Below are positions 60,370 through 64,000 of a stretch of DNA of 64,000 bases, in pieces (the stretch's first letter is position 1; the number at the start of each line of letters is the position of its first letter). A model generated the notes under the pieces. It ran no database searches. It had not been told where the DNA came from and saw only the letters and a program-made list of their open reading frames with translations. Origin of the DNA: Candidatus Eiseniibacteriota bacterium (GTDB lineage Bacteria; Eisenbacteria; RBG-16-71-46); contig CAVSAC010000010.1 in assembly GCA_963725865.1 (NCBI GenBank), positions 960,001 to 1,024,000 on the forward strand, read 5' to 3'. The translations under genes were made by a program, and so were the position numbers.

Positions 60370-61527
60370 CTATTCGTGGAAGGACCCGCCCGGACGACCG
60401 CTGGCGCCCAGGGTTTCGGTGTCGGCCGAGTCCACCGGCTGCCACAAGCGGTCCGACGTGGCGGAGATGCCCTTGAGCTTGAGGCTCAGCTCGTTCGGGT
60501 TGTTGCAGTTCTTGAGCGCCTCTTCCTCGGTGATGAGGCCGTCACGCAGCAGCGTGAGCACCGACTGGTCGAACGTCTGCATGCCGTACTGCGTCACGCC
60601 CTCGGCCACCACCTGGTGGATGAACGGCGTCTTCTCCGGGTTCATGATGTACTCGCGCAGCGTCGGGGTGCTCACCATGACCTCGCAGCCGGGCACGCGC
60701 CCGGCGCCGTCGAGCCGCGGAATGAGGCGCTGCGAGATGACCGCGCGCAGGTTCGCCGACATCGACAGCCGCACCTCGTCGTGCTGGTGCGGCGGGTAGA
60801 ACGAGATGATGCGCTGCAGCGTCTGGACCACGTCGGTCGTGTGCAGCGTCGAGAGCACGAGGTGGCCCGTGTCGGCCGCCATCAGCGCGGTGCTCATGGT
60901 CTCGAGGTCGCGGATCTCGCCGACCAGGATGATGTCGGGGTCCTGGCGCAGCACGTACTTGAGCCCGTCGTTGAACGAGCGGGTATCGAGCCCCACCTCG
61001 CGCTGGTGGATGAACGACATGCGGTCGCGGTGCAGGAACTCGATCGGATCCTCGACCGTGATGATGTTGCGCGTCGTCACGCGGTTGAGCGCGTCGACCA
61101 TCGCGGCCAGCGTCGTGGACTTGCCGGAACCGGTGCGCCCGGTCACCAGGACGAGACCGCGCGGCGAGAACGCCAGCTCGCGCACGACCGGCGGCAGGTG
61201 CAGGTCCTCGATGCTCGGCACCTCGACCGGCACGTGGCGAAGCGCGAGGGCGGGGGTGCCGCGCTGCATGAAGACGTTGGCGCGGAAGCGCGCGAGGCCC
61301 GAGACGCCGAACGCGAAGTCGATCTCGTTGTGAGTCGAGAAGTACGCGCGCTGCTCCTCGTTGAGGAGCTGCTCCGCGACATCCTTCAGGTCCTTGGCGG
61401 ACGGCGGCGGATCGTCGAGCGTGTAGAGCACGCCGTCCACGCGCACGACCGGCGGCGTGCCGGCTTTCAGGTGCAGGTCGCTGGCATGGGCCGCGATCAT
61501 CTTCTCGAGCACGCTTCGGATGTTCAT
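60370..61527 (-). CDS. pilT: PilT/PilU family type IV pilus retraction ATPase
   Basis: ASDLHL, GRTGSGKST, TVEDPIE, LRQDPDIILVGEIRD, TGHLVLSTLH, GMQTFD. Confidence 0.93.
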   Translation of the reverse strand: MNIRSVLEKMIAAHASDLHLKAGTPPVVRVDGVLYTLDDPPPSAKDLKDVAEQLLNEEQRAYFSTHNEIDFAFGVSGLARFRANVFMQRGTPALALRHVPVEVPSIEDLHLPPVVRELAFSPRGLVLVTGRTGSGKSTTLAAMVDALNRVTTRNIITVEDPIEFLHRDRMSFIHQREVGLDTRSFNDGLKYVLRQDPDIILVGEIRDLETMSTALMAADTGHLVLSTLHTTDVVQTLQRIISFYPPHQHDEVRLSMSANLRAVISQRLIPRLDGAGRVPGCEVMVSTPTLREYIMNPEKTPFIHQVVAEGVTQYGMQTFDQSVLTLLRDGLITEEEALKNCNNPNELSLKLKGISATSDRLWQPVDSADTETLGASGRPGGSFHE

Positions 61528-61558
61528 CCCATACCCCCGGGCGCGGCGCTGCCGCGGA

Positions 61559-62096
<538 letters not shown>

Positions 62097-62113
<17 letters not shown>

Positions 62114-62546
62114 GGCCGAGGCGCGCCGTCATGGCGCGCAGCGCGAGGGTGTAGGAGTCCGCTCCGAAGCCCTGCACGACGCCGACGGCGGCGCCGGAGA
62201 TGAGCGAGAGATGACGGAAGGATTCGCGCGTCTGCGGATTGGACACGTGGACCTCGATCACGGGCAGACCCGCCGCGAGCACGGCATCTCGAAGCGCGAC
62301 ACTCGTATGGGTCAGCCCCCCGGGATTGAGCAACACGCCGTGGAAACGTCCGCGTGCACTGTGGAGGACGTCGATGAGCACGCCCTCATGGTTGCTCTGG
62401 CGGCACTCCACCTCGCATCCGAGTTCCGCGGCCAGGCTGGTCAGCCGGCGGTCGATCTCGTCCAGCGTGGTGGATCCGTAGACGTCCGGCTCGCGAGTAC
62501 CGAGCAGGTTCAGGTTCGGGCCGTGGAGAACCAGGATGCGATGCAT
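62097..62546 (-). CDS. aroQ: Type II 3-dehydroquinate dehydratase
   Basis: [43 protein letters not shown]. Confidence 0.98.
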
Positions 62547-62551
62547 ACGGG

Positions 62552-63658
62552 TCAGGTCCGGGCTCCGACTTCGAGCAGGACCGCCCGCACGAGGCGGCCC
62601 GATATCAAGCGCGGCACGCTAGCAGAGCCCATCCGGGGGGTCAACACCCAGCGCACCCCACGGGGCGCACGCTTCTTGTCGCGCGCCATGTGCGCCGCCA
62701 GCCGCGCCAGCCGTATCGGCGGCATGCGCTTCGGCAGTCCGATCGCGTCGAGCAGCGCCACCAGTCGCGCGCGCTCGCCCGCCGGCAGCCCGGCCATCCG
62801 CTCCGAGAGCGCGGCCGCGGCGCGCAGGCCGATCGCCACCGCCTCGCCGTGCAGGAGGCCGCGGTAGCCGAGCGCCGCCTCAATCGCGTGACCCAGCGTA
62901 TGCCCCAGGTTGAGCGCGGTGCGCCCGCCGCCGTCGCGCTCGCGCTCGTCGGCGCGCACCACCGCCGCTTTGGCGAGGATCGCCCGCCGCACCGCGCCGG
63001 CCAGTGCCGCCGGTTCGCCGGCGGCGAGCGCGTCCGCGCGCGCTTCGCACCAGCGGAACAGCGCGGCATCGACGCCGAAGCCCATCTTCACCACCTCGGC
63101 GAGCCCGGCGCGCCGGTGACGCGCGGGCAGCGTTGCGAGCACCCGCGGATCCACCAGCACGCCCGCCGGCTGATGGAACGCGCCCGCCAGGTTCTTGCCC
63201 GCAGCCAGGTCGATGCCGGTCTTGCCACCGACGCTGCTGTCCACCTGGGCGAGCAAGGTGGTCGGCACGCCGATCCAGTCGACACCGCGCAGGTAGCTGG
63301 CGGCCGCGAAGCCCGCGAGGTCGCCGACGACTCCGCCCCCCAGGGCGACCACCGCGCCATCGCGGGGCAGCTCCGCCTCCGCAAACGCCTCCCACAGCCG
63401 CGCCAGGCGATCGGCGCGCTTGCTGCGCTCCCCCACCGGCACCTCGAGCACGTGGACGGCGAAGCCGCCGTGCACGAGCGATCGGCGGGCACGGCCACCG
63501 TAGAGCCAGCCGACTCGGGTGTCGGTCACCACCACCACGCGCCGGGCCCGCGACACCCGGCGCACGAAGGCACCCAGGCCATCGAGCGCGCCGGCGGCGA
63601 TGCGGACGCGGCTGGCGGCACGGTGCGGCGGATAGCGGAGGATCAGGTCGGACGGCAC
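62552..63658 (-). CDS. aroB: 3-dehydroquinate synthase
   Basis: LGGGVVGDLAGF, PTTLLAQVDSSVGGKTG, KNL.GAFHQP, LNLGHTLGHAIE, HGEAV. GTG start lies 7 nt after a TAGACT -10 box. Confidence 0.96.
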   Translation of the reverse strand: MPSDLILRYPPHRAASRVRIAAGALDGLGAFVRRVSRARRVVVVTDTRVGWLYGGRARRSLVHGGFAVHVLEVPVGERSKRADRLARLWEAFAEAELPRDGAVVALGGGVVGDLAGFAAASYLRGVDWIGVPTTLLAQVDSSVGGKTGIDLAAGKNLAGAFHQPAGVLVDPRVLATLPARHRRAGLAEVVKMGFGVDAALFRWCEARADALAAGEPAALAGAVRRAILAKAAVVRADERERDGGGRTALNLGHTLGHAIEAALGYRGLLHGEAVAIGLRAAAALSERMAGLPAGERARLVALLDAIGLPKRMPPIRLARLAAHMARDKKRAPRGVRWVLTPRMGSASVPRLISGRLVRAVLLEVGART

Positions 63659-63702
63659 GGCGCGCAGTCTAGGCGGGACCGCGCGTGGCGTCGAGGCGCG
63701 GC

Positions 63703-64000
63703 TCAGCGCACTGGACCGGGCGTCTCGCCGCGCAGCCGTGCGAGCTCGCCGCGCAGCCGCTCGATCTCGTGCTCGAGCTGGCCGATGCGCGCGGCGGACG
63801 CGGCCGGTGCCGGGTTCGTGGCCTTCGTGACCACCCACTCGGGCTGGGCGTTGGGCGATTCGCCGAGCGGTGCCCGCGCGGTCTGCCGGACCTCGCTGCG
63901 CACCCACACGATCTCCACCGGCGTCCCCGGTCGCGAGGCGGTCACCCAGCGGCCGAGCTGCTCGGGATATTCGACGCGCTCGCTCTCGAAGGCCACCACC
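63703..64000 (-). CDS. C-terminal part of a PDZ-domain protein (HtrA-like), partial
   Basis: VVAFESERV...LGRWV...PGTPVEIVWVR resembles the end of a PDZ domain, followed by a coiled coil. Runs off the window edge. Confidence 0.55.
   Translation of the reverse strand, partial: VVAFESERVEYPEQLGRWVTASRPGTPVEIVWVRSEVRQTARAPLGESPNAQPEWVVTKATNPAPAASAARIGQLEHEIERLRGELARLRGETPGPVR

Overview
Very GC-rich DNA from a diderm bacterium. It encodes LptF/G and a SprA homolog, so an FCB-group lineage such as Ca. Eisenbacteria is plausible (inference). Bases 1-34.5 kb form a large surface-polysaccharide/glycosylation locus that continues off the left edge. It holds Wza, a Wzz-like co-polymerase, a CpsD-like kinase, three Wzx-like flippases, GT2/GT4 and GT-C-like transferases, two GT2+DUF2304 pairs, LegB-like sugar enzymes, DegT, AsnB, DUF362 and a nucleotidyltransferase-fold/phosphodiesterase pair. 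The locus is headed by a consensus sigma70 promoter, an unrecognised ~220-nt structured RNA and an intrinsic terminator. Bases 35-64 kb are mostly housekeeping: M16 peptidase, pnp, rpsO, ribF, truB, rbfA, infB, nusA, rimP, a glutaminyl-cyclase-like M28 lipoprotein coupled to sprA, lptFG, comB-like, accC, pilT-like, accB, aroQ and aroB. Two decayed duplication scars are visible: around a foreign-looking GT-C gene at 6.6-8.0 kb, and upstream of lptF. About a dozen apparent frameshifts are probably sequencing errors. No tRNA, rRNA, CRISPR array, transposase or integrase was seen.
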